Part shown: piece by piece, positions 1 through 13,519 of the stretch
How positions within the stretch are numbered: position 1 is the stretch's first letter
How the letters are laid out: every line of letters begins with the position of its first letter
Position numbers and translations under genes: made by a program
DNA from: Selaginella moellendorffii
Taxonomy: Eukaryota; Plantae; Lycopodiophyta
Direction of reading: 5' to 3'
DNA: 64,000 nt
Assembly (NCBI RefSeq): GCF_000143415.4
Contig: NW_003314280.1
Span: 806,001-870,000 of the forward strand
Notes under the pieces: model-generated
Told to the model about the DNA's origin: nothing
What the model saw: the letters and a program-made list of their open reading frames with translations, nothing else
The model's database searches: none

Positions 1-885
1 CTCGGCCGCACTCATAACCCCGCACCTCCCGTAGAAGTTTACCATCCAGTCCCCACAACATGGTCGTCTTCCAGCCCACGCCTGTAAAACTCAGTCTGGA
101 TTTTCCTTCCAGCTTCACTGTACCCAACGTTCCCACAGGCCGTAAGTCCCGCTACAAGAGTCCGAGAGTTTGGAGCACAGTCCATGCTCTCCAAGAGTTC
201 CAGCCCGAGCTCATTCTCACCGTTGTCTACATATCCCTGTATCGTGATGTCGTGCTCTGGACGAGCTTGATACAAGGCTTTGTGGACAACGGGGAAAGCG
301 AGCTGGCTCTCATGTTCTTCGAAGATATGAAGCTATCTGGGTGCTGTCCAAACTCCCAAACATATTTTGCTGCGCTTGCCGCCTGTGCGAGCTCGGCAAT
401 GCAAGAGGAAGCGGTGGATGTTGACAACGCAATGATCCAGGGATCTGCTGGAAGTGGAGACAGCAAGCTGGCCTTGGAGCTGGTCTTCGGCATGGCTAGG
501 GAGAATGATCCGGATGAAAGAACGTTTATTGCTGCGGTCATGGCCTGTGTCCACCTTTCAAAACAACCTGTTCCACGAGAAGATGGAAAGCTATTGCGAA
601 TCCAGAGCCTAGAAAAGGGGATGGAGATTCATTCTCTCGCCACAAAGTTTGGATGCTGTGAGCACTGATTTTTTGGGAGCAGCTCGGTGGACATGTATGC
701 CAAGTATGGAGATATGGTGAAAGCTCCAGTAGTTTTCAAACGCATGCCTAGCAGGGATGTTGTCGTTTGGACAAGCTTATGCTCTCAAAAACCATCAGCA
801 CATTGACCATGCTCCCACACTTTGAGTACATGTCCACAAGGTTGCTCCCCATGAAGATATCTCCACAACAATGGTTTTTCACAAC
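1..885. pseudogene. Scrambled PLS-class PPR gene fragments on both strands (module copy 1)
   Basis: PPR motifs RDVVLWTSLIQGFVDNGESELAL (+) and IQGYVDNGENELGLELLESM (-). Near-identical to pieces of 14180-16462 and 29969-32320 but inverted, deleted and with stops. Confidence 0.85.
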
Positions 886-1572
886 TTTATGTTTTTAAAT
901 GCTTTAACCATGTGGTTAAAGTGAGGTTCTAATGAGCTATGCCAAGTATTCAAATAGGTAGTAGCCATTTATATTTAAATTATCTTTTAAGGAATTAAAG
1001 ATAATTTTTGAACACTTCACTAAATTATTTTATTTGTTTATCTGTATTCATTTTAACCTTGGACTCTTTAATGGTTATATTATCACCTAAGTATAAAATG
1101 CAACTTTCAAACTTCTTACAAAACATTATAAATCTCATTTAAGACCATGGCCATTAATTAGACTGATGTTCAAAGAAAAACAATCAACGATAGATCACTT
1201 TGAAGCGTGCTGGACCATCAAAGCTGGAAGAAAGACGAAATAACTTATCCTCGATATGACTTCAACAAGCGAATGGCATGCAACAGTGCAGGATGGCACC
1301 AGTCGGCTTGGATCAAGCGATCACGCTCCACGAGCTTGTGGCTCCAGCAGATTGAAATAACAGCCAAGCGCCTGAAATCATGCCGGATGTCCAAGAGGTG
1401 CCACCAAGAGATCCAGCATCCGGCAGCCAAACGACTTCTCTGGAACATCACACCACGGCACCCACAATCATCAACAGAAGCTCTCAGCTGAAGTATGGCT
1501 TTGACAGAGAGTTTCTTGGGACTTATTCTGCGCCTTGCTCTTCACCTCGCAAGTGAAATGACCCCTGTGATT

Positions 1573-4472
1573 CATAGCTTCAAAACACGAACACGAACAC
1601 GAACAGGGCATTCAATTTTTTGAACACGAACATGGAACACGGAAATGAACACAGATAAACATGGGTGAAAACATGAATATTCTCTAGAATATTCTACTTA
1701 TCACTCCATCTCATCTAGAAGCTCCTCATTAGCAAGATCATCATCTTCGTCTTCGTCCTCTTCTTCCATAGCTTCAATATCAGCATCAGTAATTTGAGGA
1801 ATACTTCTTGTCTGGCTCAATCCCACAAACTTGTCATAGGAAGTGTGGCTCCCTATCAACTTGGTATTATTGGCCACAAATACCAAGTTTGCAATCCGGC
1901 TTACTACTAAGCAATTCCTCTTATTTGAAGTGATGTGCCCAAAAATGCTGAACAATCGCCCCACAAATGAGGAAGAACTTGTCTGACTAAGCACTCGAAT
2001 TGCCAACCTTTGCAAATCTAGACCTGAGTAGCCATTATCCTCCCACCACTGCACAGAACCCTTTGTTGTACGATCCATCTGAGAGTCCCTGGTGCCAAAA
2101 CTACCCTCCAAGTTCCTGTATTGGCAAAGCTGATTTTTTATAGTTGACCTTTGCTGATAGTCAGGGAACTGGATCTCCAAGTACATGTTTCAATCTTTGG
2201 AAACTTCCCTGGATTTTTCCTGTCCTCACCCCTGAAACTCTGGATCAAGCATGTATGCCACGGAGTGAAAGGTGCTATGATAAGCCCACCACCTGTTTGA
2301 AATCAGTTGGTTTAGCTCCTCATACCTAAGATTGTTCTCCTCTTGTTGACGGATGTTCTCGCTCATTTGATCCATCCCCTCATAGACCTTCCCAATCACA
2401 GGCACGTCTCCGTCAACCATTCGTAGCAAATGCATCACCCTCCTTGAAACACCCAGCATGTGGTTAACCTCGTTCCAGTATGTATTGTTGAACACAATTC
2501 CTCGGCATGCTATCCCAGAATCTGTCCTTGACTCTAGCCTTGCATTGTAAGCATCGCTCACAAACATTTGTTGTAGCTTTGGCCTTAGCTCCACCAATCT
2601 CTCCATCATAAGAAAGTTGAAGGCAAATCATGTTTCGCTGAACTTCAACACTCGTCGTGAAGAGAAGTATGCCAAAATCACTACTAGATGCGAATGGTTC
2701 CGGAGGAAGCCAACTAGAGTCTTTCCCGTGTCTAGCAGCCCAACCATCCATGGTAGTTTTGCAAAATCCTTGAGAATGTTGTTCAAACAATGAGCTAAGC
2801 ACGGAGCCCACATAATCCTTGGCTTCCTCACCTCTAGAAGTCTAGCAGAAGCCTTGTTTGAAGCCTCACCATCAGTGACAATAAGAACAACATTCTCCTC
2901 TCCAACAATCTCGACACCTCGCTCCCATGTCGCAAAAACGTTATCAGCCATCTTCCCACTAGAAGATATATCAATGGCCTTGAGAAAAGTCGACTGTCCT
3001 CTGCTGTATGCAACAAGCCCCATGATATGTCGATTTCTTGTGTCATTCCATGCATCAGCAACAAGAGTAACCCCACAATTCTTCCAACGTGCCTTCACCT
3101 TGGCAAGTTGAGCTTCAAGATTGGCTTTCTCCACTTACAACAATTGCTCTCGCAATGCTGTCTCTGTTGGAAGATCGTAGGGAATTCCATGCCTTGCAAT
3201 CTGCTGCACCATCTCCTTGAAATGGTGAGAACAAGCTTTCACAAATGGTATGTGCTCGTTCTAGAAAAATCGTCCTATAGCCATATCCACTGTTTCCTTC
3301 CTTTTTGGATCAAAAGAATCCCAGATTCCTTGCTGTCGTTGCGAAAAAAACCTGGAAATTCCTTCTATAGAATTGCCACCTGGTGTGGAACTCTGGGAAG
3401 CAACAAAACTCTCTCCTCCAATGCTTTGGATGCCTTCGACATGTGTAGAAACTGCTCATTTCTTGCTTTGGTGTTTTCCAGCCAAAACCTGGTCATCGAT
3501 GGTTTTAGCCATCTCCCTAAGTTGTTGTCTCTTCTCTGCTGAGATGACATCACAACTTAAGATTTCATGACCAGCTTCCCCTGTGAGATGTCCCCTCACA
3601 CGATCCACACCTGAAACTTTGTCTCTCAACGAACACCACTTGCAAGACCAGTGTCGATGCCCACTACAGCAGTTTGTTTGATCACCAAGGATCACTTCTT
3701 CCCACCAAACGGATGATGGATGTTGCCCTGTTGAAGTCCTCTTGCTCTGGCTCCCAGATGCCATCACTCAGCTCAACCTCTAAAATCCTGCACCTGCTTC
3801 TACTCCAATCCACAATCACTCAATCCAACCTCTAAAATCCCACACCCTGCTGCTGCTCCAATCACAATTGCTCAGCCTCTAAAATCCCACACCCTGCTCC
3901 TGTTCCAATCCACAATTGGTCATGCCCTGCACCTAAGTTTTTTTTGAAAAACTCAAAATTTTAGAATCACGCCGTCAATAACACAATCACAACTCCAAGC
4001 AACTAAAAATCACAGCAATCTACAAAGATGCAATGCCAAGCAACTAAGAATTATGGCAGAAGCAAGGAGAAAATTTGGGAGAGAAAATTTACAAACTTGG
4101 AGACAATGATCAGGAATTTTTTGCAGCGAAATCAGGCGTGGCTGAGCGCCATTCCTCCCACTCTAGCACTAGAATCCTAGAGAGGGCATTCCTTGCCCAA
4201 GAAAATCGCCATAGATCGCTGGAAAAACCTTTTGATTGATCGCAGGAATTTTTTATTGATTGCAAGACCACGTGAACCACGTAAACCACGTGAGCTATTG
4301 TTTTAGAACACGGCGTGGTCACACAGTATTTAACCGTGTTTCAACCGTGTTTGGAGCCGTGTTTTGGAGCATTGACCGAGTCAATGAACACGGCCCGTGT
4401 TAACATGGCTGGGGGCCGTGTTCATGTCACCACGCCAACACGCCGTGGTGCACGGCATGTTTTGAAGCACTG
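1573..4472 (-). mobile_element. hAT-superfamily DNA transposon, about 2.9 kb, defective
   Basis: Imperfect TIRs CATAGCTTCAAAACA and CAGTGCTTCAAAACA (reverse complement of right end). Perfect 8-bp TSD CTGTGATT at 1565-1572 and 4473-4480. AACACG/CCGTG subterminal repeats. Empty site at about 17100-17115. Confidence 0.95.
1701..3767 (-). pseudogene. hAT transposase with frameshifts and stops
   Basis: BED-finger-like WSCKWC...VRGHL (3456-3767), DUF659-like GVTLVADAWND (2628-3134), hATC dimerisation WW...LQRLAIRVLSQTSSSS (1701-2186), acidic tail. Split across several ORFs. Confidence 0.9.
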
Positions 4473-4974
4473 CTGTGATTTGCAGACAACCTCAAAGCAC
4501 TACACGGGCATCTACCACGCGCTTTCCACAGGAGAGCTTTCTTGGCCTTTACAAGGGGCTCTGGCCGACGCTTTTAGTACGTTCTACGAGAGCTTATTGG
4601 TTTTTCTCCCTGCAAAACGCCATAGACTGTACTCCTGCCAGTCCGTAGGCCCAACAATTGCGATAAACTTCTGCGTGTACGAGACTCTCTACAACTACTG
4701 GAACGCTCAAAGGTGGATTTTTTCTTAGTTTCCAGTCCTTGGGCTAGAGTGTGAGCATGTTTACTTTCAGACCCGACTCGTCCAGGATGGTGACGAGCTT
4801 GATCTCCGGTGGAGTAGCCCTCAACAGGTAAGAGTCTTAAGATCGATTACGTTTGATCGCCATCGCTCCTGTTTTCAGTGGTGTTTCCGATCGATTTGGG
4901 AAAGAGAAGGATGCAACTCGAGGGCGATCGGAGATGGGGATTGCGAGCTCGCTGAGGCACATTGCTGGCGATGG

Positions 4975-5517
4975 ATGGGAAGAGTTCGCTTGTTCCGTGG
5001 CTTGGCGACGGCAGCGATTCGATGCGCCGCACCAGCATTCGCTCCTTCGGCAGCGCAGCCCGATCAGCAGGCGGTCGCGCTGGTGTCGGCGCTGAAGGTA
5101 TGTGGGAGCACAAGGGATTTGCGCAAGGGCAAGGCGATCCACGCCCAGGCGGCGGAGAGCAAGCAGCTGGGGATCCACGTCGTCATGGACATGTACGCAA
5201 AATGAAGCAGCATGGAGGATTCTCGCCGCGTGTTCGACAGCATTCTTCACCCAAACGTGATGTCCTGGAACGTTTTGATGCTGGGCTCCCGGCTACTATG
5301 GCGAGAGCGATGTGGCTCTGGATCTCTTCGAGAGGATGCAAGCCAGGCGGTCGGGCTGCAAGCCAAACTCCGGGAGCTTCATGGCCGCGTCGAAGGCTTG
5401 TAGCAGCCTCCCGGCGAAGGAAGCCGCTGTTTTGGTCAATGGGAAGCTCGTCAAGGAGGCTAGTCTTGAGACCGGCAGAGGCATCCATTCTCAAGCCAAG
5501 CAGATAGGACCATCTTG
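4975..5517 (+). pseudogene. PPR pseudogene N-terminal part (copy 1, inverted)
   Basis: MGRVRLFRGLATAAIR... then MDMYAK followed by a stop and frameshifts. Reverse complement of about 15915-16462. Confidence 0.85.
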
Positions 5518-5995
5518 CCCGAGGAATCCATCCGGGATCGTCAACGACACACAGGTTCTCTCTCTCTCGGAGTGGCATCAACGTGTGGAACGAGACTGTC
5601 AATCCAAACGCATGGTCGGGGCTGTCTCGCCTGGACCTCTCTCATAACAGCATCTCCTCGCTGAAGGTGGTTGGCTGCAAGAACATGCAGCTCAAGCTTC
5701 TCAACTTCTTTGCAAGAGTTCCTGGAAAATCTCTCTAGCCTTGAGAGTTTAGAAATCTTGGATCTCAGTTAGAACATCTTACAGTCCCATAACGACCTTG
5801 TCTCCATCAGGTGGAGCTCTCGCACAACGAATTCAGTGGCTCTGTTCCAGAGACTCACGAACTTGATGTGCCTGGACATCTTGTATAACAAGTGGAGATC
5901 TACCTGATATTTGAAGCAAGAACGTCTGTGGAACGTCTCGAACAATTCCAGACCAGGCTTGTGTTTGTGAGCTTCAAGTAACTTTGTCTCTGAAC
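5518..5995 (+). pseudogene. Extracellular LRR gene fragment (copy 1)
   Basis: LSRLDLSHN and ELSHNEFSGSVP plant LRR consensus, with stops and frameshifts. Confidence 0.65.
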
Positions 5996-6559
5996 CATAA
6001 TTTCAATTCTCAAAAAAAATTTGAATATATGTTTAGTTTGCAGAAGTCTGGTAATGGATATATCTAAAATATGCTTGAATATTTTATTCCTTTATTAATC
6101 CAATTGATCAAATGGAAGTTTATAATTATAAACATATTTATAATTTATAAACACAAAATTAATCTTATTGAATATTAACCATTATATGGTAGAATAAACT
6201 AGAATATACTAGGAAGTATTTAAGAAAGTTTGGAAATTATAAATAAAAGATTAATCTAAATGAATAAAAACCATTAGATGGTAGAATATCCTAGAATATC
6301 CAAAAATATTCTAGGTATATTCACTAATGGTGTATATACATTTAGATTAATCGTGCGTTTTTAATTTATAGTAAATTTAACTTATATTAAAAATAGTTTA
6401 TGATGTTTTTATACACTTTTAGAGCGCTTTTTCTACTGGCTTTGCAAGTAATGGTTCAAAGATCCTACAAGGGACTTATGGTAGTATTATGAAATATCAC
6501 TTCTCTTTGCTTTTTGGTTTTCATCCAAACACCTATATATTTCTATCTTCTTGCCAACT

Positions 6560-7401
6560 TGTAATTAACTAAAGAGAATGACTTGAGAAATGCTTTGAAG
6601 TGGTTCAAAATGTCTTTGGGTTGAAATAGTACCGTGTTAGATGACCTTCTGGAAAATCTAAATTTAGGAGCTTACATTTAGTATTAAAGTGGTTTAGATT
6701 CGACTCTGTTAGTTGATTAAGGGAATCATACAATATATTAATTGAAATTTAGTATATCTAATTTGCTTTCACTAGACTCAACTAGAGAGTGTGAATTTAT
6801 AGAGAATTATAATGGATTATAAACAACCAAAGAGAATGACTTGAGAAATAATTTATAATGGTTCAAATATAGAGGGAAAATGCCCATGAACAAAAGTGCA
6901 CCCCTTTTTTCAATCAGTTAAAGTTTTGAGACACATAGGATTAAGTGTCCTTAAATTTAAATAGTACTAAGCTAAGTGACTTCCCAGGAAATTCAAATTC
7001 AGGAACTTACATTTGGTATTAGAGCGGTCTAGATCTAACTCTATTAGTTGGTTAAGGGAATTACACCATATATTGATTGATATATAGTATGTCTAGATTG
7101 CTTTCATTGGGTTTGATCAGAGGGTGTGAACTTACAGAGAAGTGTAATAAACTATAAATAACCAAAGAAAATGACTTGAGAAATAATTCATATTGGTTCA
7201 AATATATAAAGAAAAGGCTTATGAACAAAAATGCACCCCCTTTTCCAATTGATTAAGGTATTAGGATACTTGGGATTAACTTTTAAGTCTTTCTCTTTGG
7301 TTGCTTACATAGGGATTTTCTTTTACATCCAAATGTGTTCTTGGGTTTGAATAGTATTAGGCTAGGTGACTTTTTAGGAAGTTTAAATTCAGAAGTTTAC
7401 A
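6560..7401 (+). mobile_element. Tandem array of a Cassandra-like TRIM (LTR-int-LTR-int-LTR), decayed
   Basis: Three copies of the LTR seen intact at 25279-25472: 6560-6676 (internally deleted), 6818-7011 (194 bp) and 7153-7401. Each ends TTACA. tRNA-iMet-type PBS TGGTATTAGAGC at 7014-7025. Internal domain about 141 bp. 5S box A/C remnants. Confidence 0.8.
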
Positions 7402-7760
7402 CAGCAAAAACTATATTGAAGTAGTTTAAGGAGAAATTTAATTTTTAAGGAGAAGTTTAAGTGGAGAGGGCAAAGTTATTATAAAGGATATTTCTTTGGA
7501 TCCTTATATGACTTTCTCTAATTCTTTGATTATTTAAAACAAGGTAGTAATGAATATACATGCAATATGCTTGGATATTCTAAGATATTCTATCATGTAA
7601 CAATTGTTATTCATTTAGATTAATTTGGTAATTATAATTTATATACATGCTTATAATTTATAAACTTTCATAAACACTTACCAGTATATTCTAGTTTATA
7701 CTAGTATCTAATAGTTAATATGCAATAAGATTAATCTTGTTTTTATAAATTATAAATATA

Positions 7761-9360
7761 ACCACCTCCGACCACTTCGAGGAGTCTCACTGACAACCTC
7801 TATAAGTTTTATTCTAAACTTGGGGATTTGTTAGCCCTATGAATGACATCTATACCACTTAGCCTTTGCATTTGGTCTAAGTGCTTCACGTGTCTAATCC
7901 TATGACTAACACCCAAAGGTATCATCAACATATCAACCCGTTACATTAAGGCTATGCCCATTCACCCTTGTTATAATAGTAATCCAAGACTACCTACATC
8001 ACAATCCTATCTTTCAAAGATTAAGCCATTTGTCTATGAGTGGTCATCCTTTGACCACCCTTTAGTACCATTAAAATGCCCAAAGATATAAAAAAACACC
8101 CTTCACCAATATCTCTTCTTCCGTGCTCACCAAGTCCCTTTTTATCCATAGCCGTGCTCACTCATACTGCCACTGGACCAAAGCTCAAAGGCTTGACCAC
8201 TAAGTTCCATTGTCTTTTAGGATTTCTTTACCATATGACCATATCTTTAGTCACTACATTAGAGGATTGTTTTTCTTCCTTTCCATAGTCTAGAATTTTA
8301 AGATAACATTTTGGAACACTATAGCCCTACGCAAACCTTGTGGGTACTCTCCCCACCTTTTGCCTTTGGGTGTCTTAGCCATGAGGCTAGAGCAAGGTTT
8401 TGTTAAGCTATATTACATATCCAAATAGGTAGTGCCACCCATACTTGGATTAAGAGTATTAACCATTTGATCTCTCGGGGGAACTAGAGTCAGCTCTTGA
8501 ACATTTCACAAGCTACCTTGTTTATTTATCTATATTCACTCTAGTGTTAGACTCTTTAGTGGTTATATCATCACCCAACATGTGGGTATAACCTTCATTT
8601 GTCACACTAATCTTTCCTGGCCAAACTGGCTCCGCTAGAGTCCTCCCTCTACTATACTTTTGGAGCTCACCAAACCCTTTAAGGTTTGGGAAATAATCGC
8701 TTTGGGCTTTTATTCTTGGACTTGGATTCAAACTCGGACTTAGACTCGGACTCTGTCTCGGACTCAGTCTCGGACTCAATCTCAGACTCAATCTCGGATT
8801 TGGTCTCAGTCCCGATCTTGGTCCTAGTCTGGGTCTGGGTCTGGGTCTCGATTTTGGACTCCATCTCAGACTCCATTTCAAGTCTATCTCAAACTCCATC
8901 TCAGGTCCATCTCAGACTCTATCTCAGACTTCATTTCGGGTCTATCTCGAACTCCATCTCAGACTCCATCTTAAACTCCATCTCGAACTCCATCTTAGGT
9001 CCATTTCGGATTTCATCTTGGGTCCATCTCGAACTTCATCTAGGGCCCATCTTGGATCTATATCGGATTTGTCTCAGGTCCATATTGGACTCTATCTCGA
9101 ACTCCATCTCGGACTTGTTCATGACCCTTCCATGTGTCATGACACTTGCCATGTGTTAGTCCTTTTTGTGCCCCTTTTAGAAACTCATTCATCGATTATT
9201 TCATAATCATCTTTTGAGTACTTCATTTGGAGTTCCACTTTCATTCTCGATTTTCAAAGTTGAAGCCTTAAGTCTAAACATATTATGCTTGTTGAACTTC
9301 CACTTCAACCACTACCATATAACACCTTTTCTAGTCCACTTTAGGGCTTAGATTTGTATC
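7761..9360 (-). mobile_element. Degenerate insertion unique to copy 1, possibly the gag region of an LTR retrotransposon
   Basis: Absent from copies 2 and 3. Many stops. Weak gag-like LGSKALEFW...TW motif and a TGGTAG PBS-like stretch near 9300-9317 on the minus strand. Confidence 0.35.
8715..9120. repeat. Degenerate 6/12-bp tandem repeat (approx. GACTCCATCTCA)n
   Basis: Visible periodicity. Produces low-complexity ORFs (SDSISDSI, ESEIESE). Confidence 0.85.
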
Positions 9361-9990
9361 TCATATTAAGCAAACTAAGCTCTTGTACATGCCATGAGTA
9401 GCAATTTTTTTTTATAAATACAGTTAACAAGATTAGTATATTCTCAATTATAAACCATATATTATTTCAAATTTAAAATTATTTATTACAGTAGCTGAAA
9501 TATTAAGTTTTAAAATGTATATATTTTAAGTTTATTATAATTGATATAAAGTATACAGATTAAATAAAATTTATATCATTATAATTAATATTCCAATGCA
9601 ATACACAACAAATTAGTTTTGTGTATTTAATAAATTCTATTTCAATTTATAGAGTGACAGTAAAAACCTTGAAAAGAAATATTCAAAACACATCTAAATA
9701 AAAATTGAAAATTGGGTAAAGCCAACAATGAGAAAAAAGAAGAAATATTAAATAGGTATTGTAATACTAAGGTTAGGATTACAACAGAATGAGTGAAGAA
9801 GAGATATAAGAATAACAAAAATAAAATATTAATTTAATAAATATATAATATAATTATTTCCAGAAATTTTATAGGGAAAAGTGTTACTACCTAGATCTAA
9901 CAAAAACTACTAAAGATAGCTGTTTATATATAGAGAGACTAGCTTTTATATTTTTTAATATTAAGTTAGGCAATAAAAAAAATTAAAATG

Positions 9991-11460
9991 TATGAGTGCA
10001 TGGAATATAGAAATGAAATATAGATATATGTATATTCAATTAATCTAAAAATCCTAGCTTATATATAAGAGCAAGTGGTTTGAATTAAAACTAATCCAAT
10101 GGCTATTAAAATCCCACTATGCTAATATTAATATATGCAATTATAACATCATCCCCTTCTTTTGAAAAGATGGAAGGTACTTAAGGTTGCTTGGTTGATG
10201 GGTTGGGATTTGAAAGAACATTATGAAAAGACACTTGTGTATCTGTAGGCAATCTTGATCCTTTTACACAACCACATAGCGTAACATTAAGATCATCCAT
10301 AAATAAATGATTATAATAGTTAAGTGTTCAATAGACTCCTCTCAAATCACTGGAAGAATACTTATCATATATTGATCCTAAGACTTAGCATCAACAATTC
10401 ATAGTAATTAGGAAGGTAAACTCAACTTTGTTAGCAATATTAGATCATCACTATATAAAACTTTATATAGTTAAATATCAATAAAAATCTCTACCCTTAT
10501 GACATATAAATACTAAAGAGATAGTAAATAAATATTTTAATCTAAATCATTAAAAGTTCATATACTTTATAATCATCCCTTTGAAGGTTTGAATTAGTTA
10601 TTCTACTAAACCATCTGTATGTGGATGATAAACACTTGTGATAGTGTTGTGTATCCTTAGTTGAAATATTAAGACGTAAAATGCCTTAACTATAAATGTA
10701 AGACCATTATCCAAGATAATTTATTTCGGATATAACCCAACTTCCACCCAACGAGTTAAGTAGTTAAAAGTAATAATAACATATTCAAGTTAATCATAAA
10801 AAACCCCCATCAAATAAAATGCCACAAGCTCAAATATAATATCACTTGCTAATAACTTATTATGTTGATATTTACATTTTCAATACTGCATTAAAGATGA
10901 CTTTCTTTACTTTGTGAAGATTGATCTTAATGACTAATGGTGCCTTCAATCTTTATTCCACACTTTTTTTATGTTTACCATGACTCTTCTATTCTACTCA
11001 TACATATGATATATTAACATATAACTTAGAAGCTATGTAAGTTTTTTTATTGGTCGAAGATGCGCCATAATGTTATCTAGTGTTTATATAGCTGTGTAAA
11101 TTCGTAATACTCCCCCTTGTGTTACAAAAGGATAGTTAGAGTTGATTGTAATTTCCCATCCTTTTAAGTTAGTGGCATTTGATTTAATAGAGTTTTTTCC
11201 ATGATAATTACTAATAATGAGTATGTTATTATTGCTTTTAACTATTTGACTTATTAAGTGGAAGTTAATGCTCTTTCTAATGCATCTGTAACTATTATTA
11301 AATATTTCTTCTTCAATCAAGTGGTGTTTTAGCATTCATGTTCATAGTAGATTCTTTCAAATAATAGTCTTGCATTTATGGCTAAAATATTTTATGTTTT
11401 GACATTTTAGTTAGGGATACATCACACTTTCAACTATACTTATACAATAATTGATGTCTA
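9991..11460 (-). mobile_element. Old, AT-decayed Gypsy remnant: LTR, PPT and integrase (copy 1)
   Basis: TATGAGTGCATGGAATA... LTR and ATCATCCCCTTCT (PPT, reverse complement) homologous to 19811-20010. Integrase DNA TGGATGATAAACACTTGTG matches about 20680. Confidence 0.7.
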
Positions 11461-12906
11461 CATTGCATTGACTTGGCAGCCTATATTAGTGTAGTTAATC
11501 TGGTTATTATTAATTCAAATTAAGAATTTTCATTATTAGCTATTTGAACTTATAGATTCTTTCCTTCTAGAGGGGCGTCAAACAAGTCATATATATATCT
11601 ATAAATATTCTCCTCTTTTAACTCTGATATATAGTAAAAAGTATCCTCTACATTGAGCTCAAAGGTACAACTTATATAAATTTTCTCTTTTGCAATTAAA
11701 AATATTGAAAGAGCTTAAACTTATATAATAAAAAGGAAAATTTTCATTTTCATTAAAGGATGAAAAGTAAATTAATAATTTATTATAAAAATGGCTTAAA
11801 ATAATCCAAAGTATTCTAACTAGTAGTTTATTGCATTTTGTATTTTTAGTTTATGGTTATATCATTGTTTAATTTGGGCTGTTACGGATCCCAAGCTCAA
11901 CCCCGGTCTTGTGCTCGAAGTCCACTTGGGACAGAGCCTGCCCCGAGCACCCCGCACACCCCGATGCTGGCAGGCGGACCGATGGGGAGTCACTGGTTGG
12001 ACGACCGAGACTCTCAAAGTACGGCCCACAGGTGTCTTGCTTGTGTGAGAGCGTATACATTCATGTTGTCCAACCAGGACTCCTGATGGAGCTTTTATCT
12101 TTTTTGTGATTTTACACTTAAATGTAGGGACTTTCTTACTTGGCTTCTCCATCCCGTGGCAGTCTGAAATCATGGGCCATGGTGTGGTGGGGATCTTGCT
12201 ATTGTAAATTTCCTGCAAAATTCCTCCCACTCCCGTCAGCTTGTGGTATCTATAAATCTATGTAAAGTTCCGCTTACCCTCGTCAGCGTGTGGTCATTTT
12301 CTTCTTTGCGAGTAGGTAATGAAGTTTGGCAAAGGGAAGGTAGAGATTGCTGCTTTTGCAGGTTTGGTTTGCGACCTGGTTTGCGATCGTCTAACCTGGT
12401 GTCTTTTGATTTTTAAAAGGATCTAATTAACTCTAAATCTTCCAATGCTCTAAACGAAGCCTCATATAATATGGGTACAAGGGATCCACTTGATGATGAA
12501 TCAACTTTCCACTTCCAAGCAACGAATCAATTTAATTTTGTTTACAGTCCACTTGTACCCGCTTAGGAAGCACGGACATTCCAAGCACCAACCCAGCTTT
12601 GCTCTAGAATGCACTATTGCCAAGTTCGCTTTCTTGTCACGAGGCTTAAAAGTACAAATAATTGGAGTGATAACTAGGTTCAAATCCTATACGTGATTCG
12701 GCTGGCCAAGGATATCCGAGGAGACTTAATCGAGATTACATTAGATCGAATCAAATATTCAAGATATACTTGTCTCAAAAGTCTTGCTTTGCTTTAGAGG
12801 TGGCCTAAAGTTTGGTGTGATTTTGTCGAGTATTTAAAGGCATAGATGTCCCTCAGATTATTAACTCACACTATCCAAGCAATATTAGAAGATTAAATCG
12901 AAGAAA

Positions 12907-13519
12907 ATGGCAAAATCAAGCATAGCATTCATTCTCCCACTTGCATGCCTCCTGCTTGCGAGTGCTGTTCATGTTTCAGCTTTAGACAATGATGCTAGTG
13001 GAGACCTCTCTGGTATGGTATATAACCTGGTCTAAACTTTTGTTTGACTCTTTGTCCATGTAAATGGTTTTGCAAGGCACTATGAGATCTCTAAAGACGG
13101 TGCTTCCTACAAATGGAACTTCATCAAACATTGGTGTCCCATTGGATCTAGTTGCGAAAGTACTTGGAATTGTCACTCAAGTTATAGCTAGTTTAAAGGA
13201 CCTCGTCCTCAAAGTTCCTTTGCTATGTGTCATCCTTTATCCAGTGATTATCATCCTTGAGATCATTGTGATCTACATCCCTGGTGGCTACCCTTGCCCG
13301 ATTATCATTGGCGTCATCTGCAAGTATCTGGGCAATGCCATTCCTGTGTGGACTCCAATCAAGTTCATCAAAGTTGATCTAACGGTTATCTTGAGCCTCA
13401 CCGCAACTATCAAGCTTCTGCAGAGTGTGATTATCCTTGTTACTCCAAACAGCTGCATTTTCCTTGTGCTGAGTGCAGTGGTTAGTATCCTTAAGTCGGT
13501 GCTTGCATTACTCTATTAA
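12907..13519 (+). CDS. Orphan secreted, highly hydrophobic protein, 182 aa (copy 1); exons 12907-13012 and 13077-13519
   Basis: ATG plus signal peptide MAKSSIAFILPLACLLLASAVHVSA. 64-bp phase-1 GT-AG intron joins in frame. TATTTAAA about 75 bp upstream and AATAAA downstream. ORF intact in all three copies. Confidence 0.85.

Larger units (their letters stand above)
1150..4965 (+). pseudogene. Mitochondrial carrier (SLC25) pseudogene interrupted by a hAT element (copy 1)
   Basis: Residual motifs KHYTGIYHA, ESFLGLYKGL, VGPTIAINFCVYETL and RRMQLEG. Reverse complement of 16490-17560, which lacks the hAT insertion. Confidence 0.7.

Noticed and set aside
6560-7401. CRISPR-like or satellite array
   Set aside because: Eukaryotic context. 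The spacers are homologous to one another and carry a PBS, so this is a TRIM array.
8522-9159. RS/SD-rich ORFs
   Set aside because: By-products of a 6/12-bp tandem repeat.
11870-12700. Conserved upstream ORFs (MGGILQEIYNSK..., also near 27650 and 38270)
   Set aside because: Frames are not conserved among copies and no domain is recognisable. Probably a TE or LTR relic.
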